A stretch of DNA of 64,000 nt, from NCBI GenBank assembly GCA_004431415.1, contig QPMI01000095.1, forward strand, positions 340,780 through 404,779, given 5' to 3'. The translations under genes were made by a program, and so were the position numbers. Shown piece after piece: positions 1 to 11,643 of this stretch. The notes below the pieces were generated by a model. The model was not told the origin of the DNA, did not search any database, and worked only from the letters and a program-made list of their open reading frames with translations. Every line of letters starts with the position of its first letter. Within the stretch, counting starts at the first letter, position 1. Origin of the DNA: Cyanophora paradoxa CCMP329 (taxonomy: Eukaryota > Plantae > Glaucophyta).

Positions 1-1426
1 CCCGCAGGCCCGCGGCGTGGCCCCCGGCGTCGACGCGGCGCTCCCCGAGGCGGGGGCGGGGAAGGGGGGCGGGGCGGGGGCCGGGGGGCGGGGCCAGAGG
101 CGGCGGCGGCGCTGGGCCTGGAGGGGCCCGGCGAGCCACTCGAGGCGCTCGCGGAGGACGTCGAAGGAGGCGCGCTTCGCCGGGCTCCGCTTCAGGCACT
201 TCTTCATCAGGTCCCGCAGCAGGTCCGGGCACGAGGCCGGCACCTCCGGCTTCCGCCGCTCCGTCACGACCTGCCGCCCCGCTCGCCCCGCGCGCGGCCA
301 CGGGGCGGGGGGGCGGGGGCGGGCCTTGTGGGCGATGGCGAGGGGCTGCATGCCCTCCCAGGGGTGGGAGCCAGTGAGGAGGAAGCGGAGGATGCAGCCG
401 AAGGACCAGACGTCGGCCGTCGCGCTGATCTGCGACTCCCCCGCCAGGATCTCGGGGCTGCTGTACGCGTCCCCGAAGGGCGTGAAGTCGGGCGTCCCCG
501 AGACCCGCGTCTTGATCTCCTTGGAGATCCCGAAGTCGGCTATCTTGGGCGCGTGCTCCGCGTCCACCAGGATGTTCCGCGGGTTCTGCCCCCGCGCCTT
601 GGCCCCGCGCGCCGCCGCTCGCGCGGGGGCGGGGTGGGGCGGGGCGCACGAGGTCCCTGTGGACGATCTGGGGCTTGCGGGCGTGCAGGTAGGCCATCCC
701 CGAGGCGATCCCGTGCGCGATCCGCACCACCTGCCGCCCCGCTCCAGCCCGCCCCGCCCCAGCGGCCCCCCAGCGGCGCGGGGCGCGCACCTCGGGGAGG
801 TCGAGCGCCCCGCGCCGCTTCACGTAGTCCGAGAGCGAGCCGTTCGCGGCCAGCTCCATGCAGAGCATGACCTCTCCCTGCGGGCCACAGCTCCAGCCCA
901 GGAACCGCACGACATTCGAATGCGCCAAGGTCCGTAGCATCGCCGCCTCGCGCGCCAGCATCGTTCTCTCCTCCTCAGCGTTCCGAGCAAGGCGCCCGTG
1001 CGAGCACTTGACGGCAACTGCGCGCTGCGCTCGCACGGCCGCTTCACAGCCGCTCACGGCCCAAGGGGACCGCACCGCTCTCTCCTCTGTACACACTGCG
1101 ATAGATGAGCCCAAAGCCACCTGAGCCGATGATGTTCTTCGGGTCCAGGGCGAGCTCGCTGACGGGAATCACTGCGGTATGGAGAGTCAGCGGGGCGGGA
1201 GTCGTGTTCGCGGCAGCATGCAGCGCTTTATGGCCCCAGCGCACTAGCGCTAACGACATGAGGCCTCGCGCATGCGCCGTTATGCAGCGCAGGGGTTGGG
1301 GGGCAGTTTAACCGGCGCACTTTCCTGCTCCAGCAGCGCAGGATGAAGCAGTGGCGGCGCTGGCGGTCCTGCTGAACCGCCAATGCCCGAGCCGGCGGCG
1401 GCAGGCCCGCCGCTGCTGGACGGCAT
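1..1426 (-). CDS. TKL/MLK-like Ser/Thr protein kinase (multi-exon; 3' end may run off the window)
   Basis: Spliced translation gives IGSGGFG, VAVK, HSNVVRFLG, HGIASGMAYLHARKPQIVHRDL..NILVD, KIADFG, SSPEIL, DVWSFG. Probable ATG at 1426 (MPSSSGG). Confidence 0.9.
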
Positions 1427-1596
1427 GGCCTGGCCGTCTACCCCCTCTCCCGCCCCTCCCCCCTCCCGGCAACCGGCTCTGCGTCTGCAGTAAACGTGAC
1501 AGTAGAATCCGCTGCGAGCAGTTTGCAGTAAACGTGTGGACGTCGTTTCGAACAGTCTCGACAGCCAGGAATTCAAACCACCGCTACACGCACGCC

Positions 1597-2958
1597 ATGC
1601 TGAAGTACTTGCAGCGCGGCATCAAGGAAAGCGATAAGGTGAAGGACGTCAAGAGCAGCGATGCGAAAAGCGAGCCAAAGACGAGGTCCGACTTGCGACG
1701 GCTGATCCTGCGGTCACCCGCATGGCGGGGGCGCTCCGCGGAGCTGCTTGGCGGTGCGATACATGTGCGGTGGCTTCAGCGTGCCTTTCGTTTCGTAACG
1801 CGTTGCGCAGGCGCTCGCTGGTTGCCGGACCTCACAACAAAGGAGCTCGTTGAAGTTGCCAAGCTGCTGGACATCGCTGTGCCGGCCGGATTCCTCAAAG
1901 CCGCGGGCAAGTCATCCGCGCGCGGAAGCGTGCGCGCGCTCAAGCGCGCGCCGCGCAGAGACGAAGACGTCGACCGGCAAGAAGGACGGTGGCGCGAAAG
2001 GCGGGAAGGCTGCCGCGGGCAATGCGGGCAGCTCCAAAGGAGCCGTCAGCTCCAAAGCAGCCGCGGGCAGCTCCAAGGCTGGCGCAAGCAGCTCGAAGCA
2101 AACGAAAGAGCCGGCCAAGTCCGCGGGAGAGTCGAGCAAGGCCGCGGGAGGGAAGCGGAAGGCAGGGCGCCTAGCCCCTGGAACATACTGTGCGCGCCTC
2201 CGGCTGCCCGCTGTTGCTTGACTGCGGAATAACAACATGGATCGACCGTAGGCATCGGCGGGTGCGGCCCCGAAAACAACTTCAGCAACGCCTTCGTGTA
2301 CAAGATTCTTGACGTCTACAAGGAGACGGCCGAGGACGGGTCTGTCGAGGAGGTAGCGAAGTGCCTCTGGTTCCGAGTGCGCTCACGTCGTCGCCACATC
2401 GCCCCGGCCGCTCGCCGAGGGGGGTACGGTGCAGGAGCAGCAGGTGGAGGCAACGAAGGGGGAGGAGGGGACGCCGAGCAAGCGGAAAGGCAAGCGGAGC
2501 GGGAACGAGGAGGGGGACGAGGAGGACGAGGGGGCGTCGAACGACGTGGAGGGGACGCCCTCGAAGAAGGGCAAGGCGCGGACACGGACCCTCTTCGTCG
2601 GTGCGGCCGCCCCGCCCCGCCCCGCCCCGCCCCCGCCCGACGCCGGCGCGCAGCGGATCCCGAGACGCAAGTGGAGTGCCTGGACGCCCTCACGGAGATG
2701 GACGGAGTGCGAGAAGGTGAGGGCGCGCCCCCGGGAAGGGGTCCCGGCGGAGCCGGCGCCTAGCGGCGCGCAGGGGTGGACGAGGCGACGGGCCTGCCCG
2801 TGGCGCAGTTCAGCCGCAAGGCCTTCTACGAGCTCCTAAAGAATCTCAAGTCGAAGGTGCCGCCCCGCCTCCGCCCTCTCTCCGCGCCGCGGCGCACCGC
2901 AAACCCTCGAGCCCCCGCCCCGCAGCACGCCGCCCACCAGAAGAAGCAGAAGAGCTGA
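1597..2958 (+). CDS. Hypothetical Lys/Glu-rich protein (multi-exon)
   Basis: MLKYLQRGIKESDKV... exons join at GT/GC-AG sites through ...VYKILDVYKETAEDGSVEEVAKCLWFR... to KKQKS*. No family recognised. Confidence 0.6.
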
Positions 2959-3158
2959 GGGCTCGTCTTCAAGCTTATCGTGTGAGGTCGATCCACCAGC
3001 TCTGTTCCCCGCCCCCCTGTCGCATTCGCCTTGCGTGTATCTCGCAGCACCAGTACGCTACATACCCTCGCGGGCGCCACGTGCACGCGGCTGGGCGCCC
3101 CCGTGCGGGTAGGCAGCCGGGCGGGCGGGAGCGCGCGATTGTAGATCCAGCAGACAAT

Positions 3159-3223
3159 GTAGGTCGGCTGGTTGGCCGCAGTGTAGGTCGGCTGGTTCAC
3201 CTGCGGCCAACCAGCCGACCTAC
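3159..3223. repeat. Perfect 23-bp inverted repeat (hairpin) with a partial third copy in the loop
   Basis: gtaggtcggctggttggccgcag (3159-3181) and ctgcggccaaccagccgacctac (3201-3223); the loop contains gtaggtcggctggtt again. Confidence 0.9.
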
Positions 3224-3818
3224 CTTACTGCCTATGCTGTCCGCGAGCCAATAGCCGAAGGTCAATCCGACGGCGGCCGAGGTGGCCTGCGAAGCGGATG
3301 AGAGCTTAGCTGTAGCTCTCGGGCGGCTGTGGCTTTTTGGCGCTATAGCTACAGCAGACCATGAAAAAGGGTGCGGCAATGAGCTTTCGGAAACTCCGCA
3401 GCAGACGCTGGAAGCATTCAGCAGCAGTCGGTAGTCGGCAATGAGCAGGGCAGCGGCAGTCGGCGGACCTTCTTCTTTGCGAGCTCGTGCAGCTCCGCGA
3501 TCGCTTCCTCCTCGTCCTGAGCGATGCGTCACAGACGCACTGAGGCGCGCCGGTCGGTGGCGCCGGCAGTTCCGACCTCGATGTCAGCGTCGGAGTTCTC
3601 TTGGTCCTCCGCAGCTGGAGGAGGCGGCGCGGCGTTGGACGTACGCATCTTAGGCGCGACTCAGGGACTCGTGGACTCCGATGACTTGGTGGGGGGGGGG
3701 GCCGGGGCGGGGGGGTAGAGCCCACGTCCGGGCTCGAGCTGCAGCCTAGGCTCGATCTGGGACTCCGGACTCCAAAGGGGCTCGAGCTAGCCGGGCTGGA
3801 CACGGGCGGCGACTGACG

Positions 3819-6800
3819 ATGCCGCCGCTCGTGCTGATGGTGGCGGAGAAGCCGAGCATGTTCGTTCGCTCGCAAGCCCCGAGGCCGATTCGATTGGCGC
3901 ATCGGTAATGGCGGCCATTGATGGGATCATCGCAGCGCTTCGTCGATCGCATCGATCCTCGCTTCGTCCTCGTCTTCGAAAGCGCGTCTTTTAAAAGCGT
4001 CGCCGAGGCTGGGCGAAGCCTCTGGAGAGACTGCAAGTGCGAGGCCGCCAAGTGCGAGGCGCGGCGCGTCTCCCGCTACGTCGGTCTGGGAGTTCTCTGC
4101 GCAATTTCAGGTGCTGCTCGGTGTCACGCATCGCTCGAGGCTGAGCTGCGGCCTGCGCCCCCTTAGCTACGGCTTGGGGCTCGCAGAACCGCCCCGCCAA
4201 CTTTCGCGTAACGAGCACCGTAGGGCATGTGCTAGGTACGTCTCCGGCGCTCGCAGGGGCCCGGGGGTGCCCGGGGGGGTGCTCGGACTTGCACTCTGCG
4301 GGGCGGGCACAGCGAGCCCCGGCGCTAGCTTGCCTGGCCGTCTAACATGCACTTTCACCGCGGCAGCGTACGACTTCCTGCCCGAATACCAGAACGTGCG
4401 ACTTTCGAAGTTCCTGCCCGCATACCAGAACGCTCACGGGCCGTGCAGTGGGAGAAAACAGATCCCGCAACGCTCTTCTCTGCGCCTGTACGGAAGGAAG
4501 AGACCAATCCGAAGGTACCCCGGTCGCGGCCGGGCCCCGCCGGCGCCGGTGGCGGGCGCGCGCAGTCGATCGGCGCGGCGGCGCGGCCGCGCCAGCCAAC
4601 GTTAAACGTCAGACGCGGATCTGCTACCACCTGCAGCAGGAAGCGAAGGGCTGCGACTACCTCGTCCTCTGGCTCGACTGCGACCGCGAGGGCGAGAACA
4701 TCTGCTTCGAGGTCATCGACAACACTGTCCGCAACATGAACCGCCTCCCCGGCGGCCAGCAGCAGGTGTTCAGGGCGCGCTTCTCGGCCATCTCCGGTCC
4801 GCCGGCGCCGCCGCGAGTGCCGGGGAGCGGGGCTTTGCGAGCGGGGCGCAGGGCCGGACATCGAGCGGGCGATGCGGACTCTGGTGGCGCCTAACAAGAA
4901 TGAGGCACTCTCGGTGGACGCGCGGCAGTCCGTCTCAAATGCCGATGTCAAACGAACGCCGATCTCAAACGAACGCAGGGAAATCGACCTCAAAGTCGGA
5001 GTGGCCTTCACCAGGTCGGGACCCCTCCCCGGTTGGGACCCCCCCAGGGGAATGTAAGGGCTCAATAGTCGGCGGCCTCGGACTTGCACTCCGCGGGGCG
5101 GGCTCTCCCAGCCGCGGCGCTAGCTCACTCGGCCGTCTAACATGCACTTCCACCGCGGCGGACACGGATATACACCCAGAAGAGAGAAAGGAGGCGGAGA
5201 AAGAGAGCCTCTGCGGGGCCCTCGAGGTCGTCCTCCCCCATATGCATGGCCAGCTAACGGTTCCAGACCAGATTCCAGACCCGGTTCTTCCAGGGGAAGT
5301 ACGGTGCGCGCCGCCCCCTCGAGGCGCGCGTGGGCGGGGCGAGCGGGGCGCAGGGAACCTCGACGCGCGGCTGTACGCCCCCGCGCTGAGCGTCCACATC
5401 GTGCCATTAATATAGCGCCACGCACGCAAAGCGTATCCTACGGGCCTTGTCAGGTTCGCGCGGCCCTCTAGCGTGCACTCTGACCGCACAGGCGCGGGCA
5501 TACACGCCGACCTGTCTCCCAGACCCCGACCCTCGGCTTCTGTGTCGACGTGCATGACCAGGTGCGGGCGACGCGCAGACTTACAGCCGCTGCCCGCCGC
5601 CGCCGCCGAGCCAGGGCCGACCAGATCCAGTCCTTCAAGCCCGAGCGCTGGTGGTCCCTCGCAGTAACGATCGCCAAGGCGCGCACCACGCCCCGCCCCC
5701 GCTCCCGCCGCCCTCGCCTCTGAGGCCGGGCGCAGGCGGGGAGCCCGGCGGTGCAGCTCGAGTGGGAGCGCGGGCGCCTCTTCGACCTCGAGGTCGCCAC
5801 CATGTTCCTGAAGCTCGTCCAGGAGGCCAAGACCGCCAAGGCCCGCCCCGCCGGCGCGCCCCGCCCCGGCCTCCCGCGCCGGGGGCGAGGCGGGGGTTCC
5901 GGCAGGTCGTCTCGGTCTCGGTGAAGGAGGAGCGCAAGCCGCGCCCCACGCCCCTCAACACCGTCGCCCTCCTCAAGGGTCCCCGCCCCCGCCCCGCCCG
6001 CCCCCCCGGCGCCGCCTCACGCGCGGGGCCGGCAGTGGCCTCGGCGAGCCTGGGCCTCGGCCCGCACCACGCGATGCAGATCGCCGAGCGGCTGTACATC
6101 CAGGGGTACATCTCGTACCCGCGCACCGAGTCGACGTCGTACCCGGAGCACTACGACGTGCGGGACGCCGTGCGGGAGCAGAGCCGCCACCCCGTGCGCC
6201 CGCCCCCGCCCCCCCTCGCCTCCCGCCGGCGCTCACCGGGCCCAGATCTGGGGGGAGTACGCCGGCTCGCTGCTGCAGACGGGCCTGGCGAAGGCGCAGG
6301 CGGGGGTCGACGTGGGGGACCACCCGCCCATCACCCCCATGCGCACCGCGACCGAGGCGGAGCTGGGCGGGGGCGACACGTGGCGGCTGTACGACTACAT
6401 CGCGCGGCACTTCCTCGCGACCGTCTCGCCGGACTGCCGCTACAAGCGGATCACGGCCTCGTTCGCGGTGGCGGGAGAGTCCTTCTCGTGCTCGGGGCGG
6501 GAGATGCTGGCGGCCGGGTGGACGGCCCTCATGCCGTGGACGGCGATGAAGGACGAGGGCCCCCGCTCCTTCACCCAGGGCGAGACCCTTTCCGTTGCCT
6601 CGGTCTCCCTTCGCGATGGTTCCCGCTCCCCCCCAGCTTCGAGAGCTCGCGTGCAGCCTCTACTAGCTCTGAATAACATGCCTGCGCTACGGCCCGCGAC
6701 GGCCCGCCCCGCCCCGCGCGCCCCCCGCCCCCTCGCCGAGGCGGCGGGCGCAGGGGAGACGAGCGCGCCGGAGTACCTGACCGAGTCGGAGCTGATCGGG

Positions 6801-8569
6801 CTCATGGAGCGGCACGGCATCGGCACCGACGCCTCCATCCCCACCCACATCAACGTCCGTCCCGGCCCCGGCCCCGGCCCCTCCCCGCTCGCGCTCCCGA
6901 GCACGGCGGGGGCAGAACATCTGCGAGCGGAACTACGTGACGGTGACGGGCGGAAAGCGGCAGCTGGTGCCCACGAACCGTGCGCGTCTTTGCACGACGA
7001 CTTTCCCGCACAGTTTCTTTCGTGACCCCGCGCGGCTCTCCAGTCGGGATCGTGCTGGTGCACGGGTACCACCGGATCGACCCGGAGCTGGTGCTGCCGA
7101 CAGTGCGGAGCCACATCGAGAAGGAGATCTCGCTCATCGCCACCGGCGAGGCCCGCTACGAGGAGATCGTCGGCGCGCCCCCGCCCCGCCCCGTCCCTCC
7201 CCGCGCCGCGAGGCTGAGGCCGGCGCCGCAGAGCACGCCCTCTCCGTCTTCTCCGAGAAGCGCGCCCCGGTGGCGGGGCGGGGGCGGGGGGCGGGCTGAC
7301 GGGGCGCAGGTTCGCGCACTTCGCGAAGAGCATCGCGCGCATGGACGACCTCTTCGAGGCGACCTTCTCGCCCCTCGCCGCCTCCGGCCGGCCCCTCTCC
7401 AAGTGCGGCAAGTGCCGCCGCTACATGAAGTACAGTCCGCCAGCCCGCCCCGCCCCGCCCCTGCCCCGTGCGGGGTCCAAGGGCGTGACGCGGGGCAGTG
7501 CCGCTGCGGCCGGCGCGGCTGCACTGCGCGACGTGCGACGAGACGTACAACGTGCCGCAGCAGGGGACGATCAAGCTCTACAAGGAGCTCCGCTGCCCCC
7601 TCGACGACTTCGAACTCGTCCTCTACTCGACCGGCCAGGACGGGTGCCCCCGCACCCGGCCCCGCCCCCGCCCCGCCCCCCCGCGCCCACCGCCGGGCAG
7701 CGTGGCGTACCCGCTGTGCCCCTACTGCTACAACTACCCGCCGTTCGAGGGGGTGAAGGCGGGGATGGCGTGCAACAGCTGCGTGCACCCGACCTGCCCG
7801 CACTCCCTCGTCCGCAACGGCATCTGCCCCTGCACCACCTGCGACTCCGGCGTCCTCGTCCTCGACCCCGTGCACCCCGCCCCCGCCCCCGATCGCCCCG
7901 CGCCCCTCACCGGCCCGCCCCGCGCCCCCGCAGATCTCGGCCCCCAAGTGGAAGGCCGGCGCCCCGCCCGCCGCCGGCGCGTGGAGTGGCGCTGAGGGGC
8001 CGCGCAGGTGGAGTGCAACGCGTGCAACTGCCTCGTCTACCTGCCCCCGAGCGCCCACAAGGTCGCCCCGAGCGAGGACGGTCCGCGCCGCCCCCCGCGC
8101 CGCCCCTGCGGGGGGCGACGGGGGCGGATGGGGCGCAGGGCGGTGCGAGGAGTGCGGGGCGACGCTGCTGGAGATCGAGTTCCACAAGGAGAAGACGCCG
8201 CTGCCCGACCGCAGCACCGCCTACACCGGCTGCATCCAGTGCGACGACTTCCTGTCCGCCCCGCCCCGCCCCCGGCCCCGCCCCGCCGCCCCCCCCCCCC
8301 CCCCTCGGCCGACCCCGGTCCGCCAGGTACGAGATGTGCGAGCAGGGCATGGGTGCCGCCCCCCGACCCCCCCCGCCTCCCCGCTCCCCGCCCTTCTGAG
8401 CCTCCCCTCAGGCCGCATGCGGCACAAGATGTTCAGCAGGAGGCGCGGCGGCGGCGGTCGGGGGCGGGGCCGAGGACGGGGACGGGGCCGGGGCCGGGGC
8501 CGGGGCGGCGGGGGCGACCCCTCGAAGATGTCCGTCGAGGAGCGCACGCGCCTTATCTTCGGCTCCTAG
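3819..8569 (+). CDS. TOP3B: DNA topoisomerase III beta (about 30 exons)
   Basis: [79 protein letters not shown] (catalytic Tyr), [21 protein letters not shown]-terminal Cys zinc fingers and an RGG box. Confidence 0.97.
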
Positions 8570-8887
8570 CGCCCGCGGCCCCCCCCCCCGCCCCCGCCCT
8601 GGAGCATAGACTAGTTTGCTCAGCCAGCCAGGGCAGGCAGATGTAGCCGTGGATGCGTAGTTTCAAGTTTAGGGCATGCAGGAATCGAGGCGTGAGGAGG
8701 CACGGCTCAGGGCTCGGGGCACTGCGGCTTTCACAGGCGTGAGCTCCGAGGCTCAGCGGCTCGAGGAGGACAGGCGAGGGTTCTGCGAGGCAGCGACGTC
8801 TCCTGCAATTGAACCCGGAGTCCTTCTATCTCGAGGTGATCTCACATCTAACATCGTGCAGTTCCCAAGCTGCTTCTCTAGCTGCGA

Positions 8888-9737
8888 CTAGCGTGTTGCC
8901 GAGGCGGGGTCACCTCCTGGGGAGGCCGGAGGCGCGGGCGGCTGGGGGAGGGCCGTGCGGCTGCTTTGGCACGCACACGCACGCGAAGAGGTAGTCGCCG
9001 AAGTCAAGCTCCACGCAGGCGTCCTCGGGGCGTACGGAGAGCGACGTCGAGGCCGCCCGCTGCTGCGAGCGCGCGCTCTGCCCGCCCCCGGAGCGCGAGC
9101 CCGGGCGCGCATCGTGCACGGGGGCCTCCTCGACGAACGACGACGGGAAGAGGCGGTCGATGGAGGACAGGAATGAGGCCGAAAAATCAAGCGGCGTTTC
9201 TGCCGGGCCCTCAAGCACGTCCTCCTCCAGGCCCCACCGCGCCCCTCCCCGCCGCTCCTCCGAGCCGGGCCGCCGCGCGCTGCTGAGGCGCGCGGAGGTG
9301 CCCGGGGTGCCCGGGGCGCGCCGCCCGCCGGCGTCGTCGACGCGGGCGGAGAGGTGCACGCTGCCGGTGGTGCTGTAGCTGAACCAGCCGTCCTTGGGGA
9401 CGCCGGGGTTGGCGTAGAGGGAGGAGAGGCCGAGCTCGAAGTGGCCGAGCTCCGCCGAGCTCCGCGGGTCCACCACGCGGAAGACCGCCTTCCTCACCTG
9501 CCCCCCGTCCCCCAGCGCCTGCCCGCCCGCCGCCCCCGCGTGAGGCCCCCCGCGCCGCTCCGCCCGGGCGCCGCGACGCACCGGGAAGCGGAACGTTTCG
9601 TCCAAACGGCCCCGCCGGCCGCCTACCGCAAGACTTTGAGCGACTTTTCCCCGGACTGAGACCTCAACCATCTTCTTATCTTCGTATCCGTCATCAGCGA
9701 GCTCTGCGACGATGAGAAAGTTAGCTATCGCGTTCAT
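8888..9737 (-). CDS. Hypothetical protein with a C2-like N-terminal domain
   Basis: MNAIANFLIVAEL...LDETFRFPV..KAVFRVVD..ELGHFELGLSSL..DGWF..GSVHLSARV resembles a C2 beta-sandwich; followed by a low-complexity tail. Confidence 0.55.
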
Positions 9738-10509
9738 TCATGGCGCTTAGCTAATCAAGCGCCCATTAGCTAAAAGCCCAGCATCCGCAGCTGCGAGCGG
9801 ACGAAGGGCACAGGAACTTGAACATCTGAGCTGGGAGGCGAGGACTCGCCGAACCTATTAATGTAAGTTCTATGGACATTTTGTGCGCCGCAAGCGGCCA
9901 AGCCGACGCGCTGCCACGGTCAGTTTTCCCAAGCTGGCCCTGCTTTGCGCGAAGGCGGAATTATTGTGCGCGATTCGCTTCGGCTGCGGTTCAGGTGCAG
10001 CTGTTGAGTACTAGTGATAGATCCAGCGACAGCCGCACGTTGTAGGCTGTACCCCTCAAAGAGGGGCCGGGGGAGGAAAGGGGGAGAGCGCAGCTAGCTG
10101 CAGATCCGATCTAGCTATAGAGCGCTAGCGCCGGGCAGCCGGGCCCTGCCGGCGCCGGTGGCCATGGCGGGCGTGCGCGCGCGGTCGATCGGCGCCGCGC
10201 CAGCCATCATGGCATGGCGCCAGCCACGTGCACGTGCACTGGCCAACTTTTGGCAATGCGCGCGCGGCGCCGGCGCGCGCCGGCGTCGCCGGCGCCAGCT
10301 GCAGCTAGCTATAGCCGGCCGCCGGGCCATGGCCGGCGCCAGCCATTCCTGCTTGCGCACGCGTACGTGCACAAATTCTTTGAACGATCGCGAAGGTGCC
10401 TTCTCGAGCTCGTCTAATCGACATGCTGCCGCAGCACCTAGGCCTATGGCTGCCTAAAGCTGTAGCTATTTAGCTAGCGCTATGTATAGCGGCGCCGAGC
10501 CTAGCGCAC

Positions 10510-11565
10510 CTATATCCTTTCGGCGACGAGCCACCAGTTTTCCTTGTCGTAGCCGCTCTCGAGGAGGCGGGCGGTGCCGAGGGACTCGACGAGGGCCTCC
10601 AGCTCCCCCTTCCTGAAGACGTGGTAGAAGCGGCGGAGGACCACCTCGCCCGCCCCCGCCCCCGCCTCGCCCGCCTCGCCCTCTCCCCCGGGCCCCGGGG
10701 AGGCCGGGCGCCCCCTCTGGCGCTGGAAGCGCGCCTGCAGGTGCCACGGCACCAGATTGTCCTGCTCCGTCCACTTCATGCGGCTCCCCTGCCCCGGGCC
10801 GGCGCCCGTGAGCGGCGAGGCCGCGTTCAGGCGGATCGAGCGGGGCACCTCTTGCTGCTCGAAGGCCCAGACGTACACGAGCACGCGCCCCTTGGGCCGC
10901 GCGATCCGGAAGAGCTCCTGCGCCCCGCCCCGCCCCAGGCGCTCGGAGGGCGCCGTCGTCTTGAGCGCGAGGCGGTGCGCCACGCGCTGCGCACGGCGAG
11001 GGCCTGCCGCCTGTGCTGCTCCGTCGAGAAGTGGTGCACGACGGCGATCGAGATGACGGTGTCCTGTTCAGGCCTATCAGGGCGGGGCTCCCGAGCGCGG
11101 GATGGGCGCGGAGGGCGCACGAAGGCGTTGCTACGAAGTGGCAGTTTGATGCTGTCTGCTACGAGCGCCTCGAAGCCGCGGCCGCCGCAGATGTCTGTGA
11201 GCACCCTGCTCCTGCATGCGCATTCGGAAGCGATCAGGGTCCGCCGCGCGCAGCGCTTATGCACGCATGTGCGCGTGCTGAGAGCGAGCGAACCTGTCCG
11301 AACCGATCATAAATGCGTGCGGCGGGACGGACCCGAAGTACTTGCCATTCCCGCACCCAACATCCGCGACGAGCTCCCCGGGGGCGCACGCTTTCAGAAA
11401 CGCGTCAATCCGCGGCCAAGGCTGAGAGAGCGTCGAACCGATCGTCAGGCATCGTGCGCGCGGCGACCTCGCGGCGCACACCTTGTACCGCGTTTCCGAG
11501 AAGTGGTGCCCGATCTGATCGTAGATCTCGTGAACGTGCTTGATCTCGATATCAGTCGACTGCAT
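10510..11565 (-). CDS. TRM9: tRNA (carboxymethyluridine-34) methyltransferase, TRM9/ALKBH8 methyltransferase-like
   Basis: EIKHVHEIYDQIGHHFSETRYKPWP, DVGCGNGKY, ISIAVVHHFST, LVYVWAFEQ, QDNLVPWH, RFYHVFRKGEL, YDKENW. Confidence 0.93.
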
Positions 11566-11643
11566 GTGCGCCCGGGGCGCAGCCCGCGGCCGGTGCGGCG
11601 GTGCGGCGGTTCCAGCTGCAGGGATACCGCTTTAAAAAGCCGG

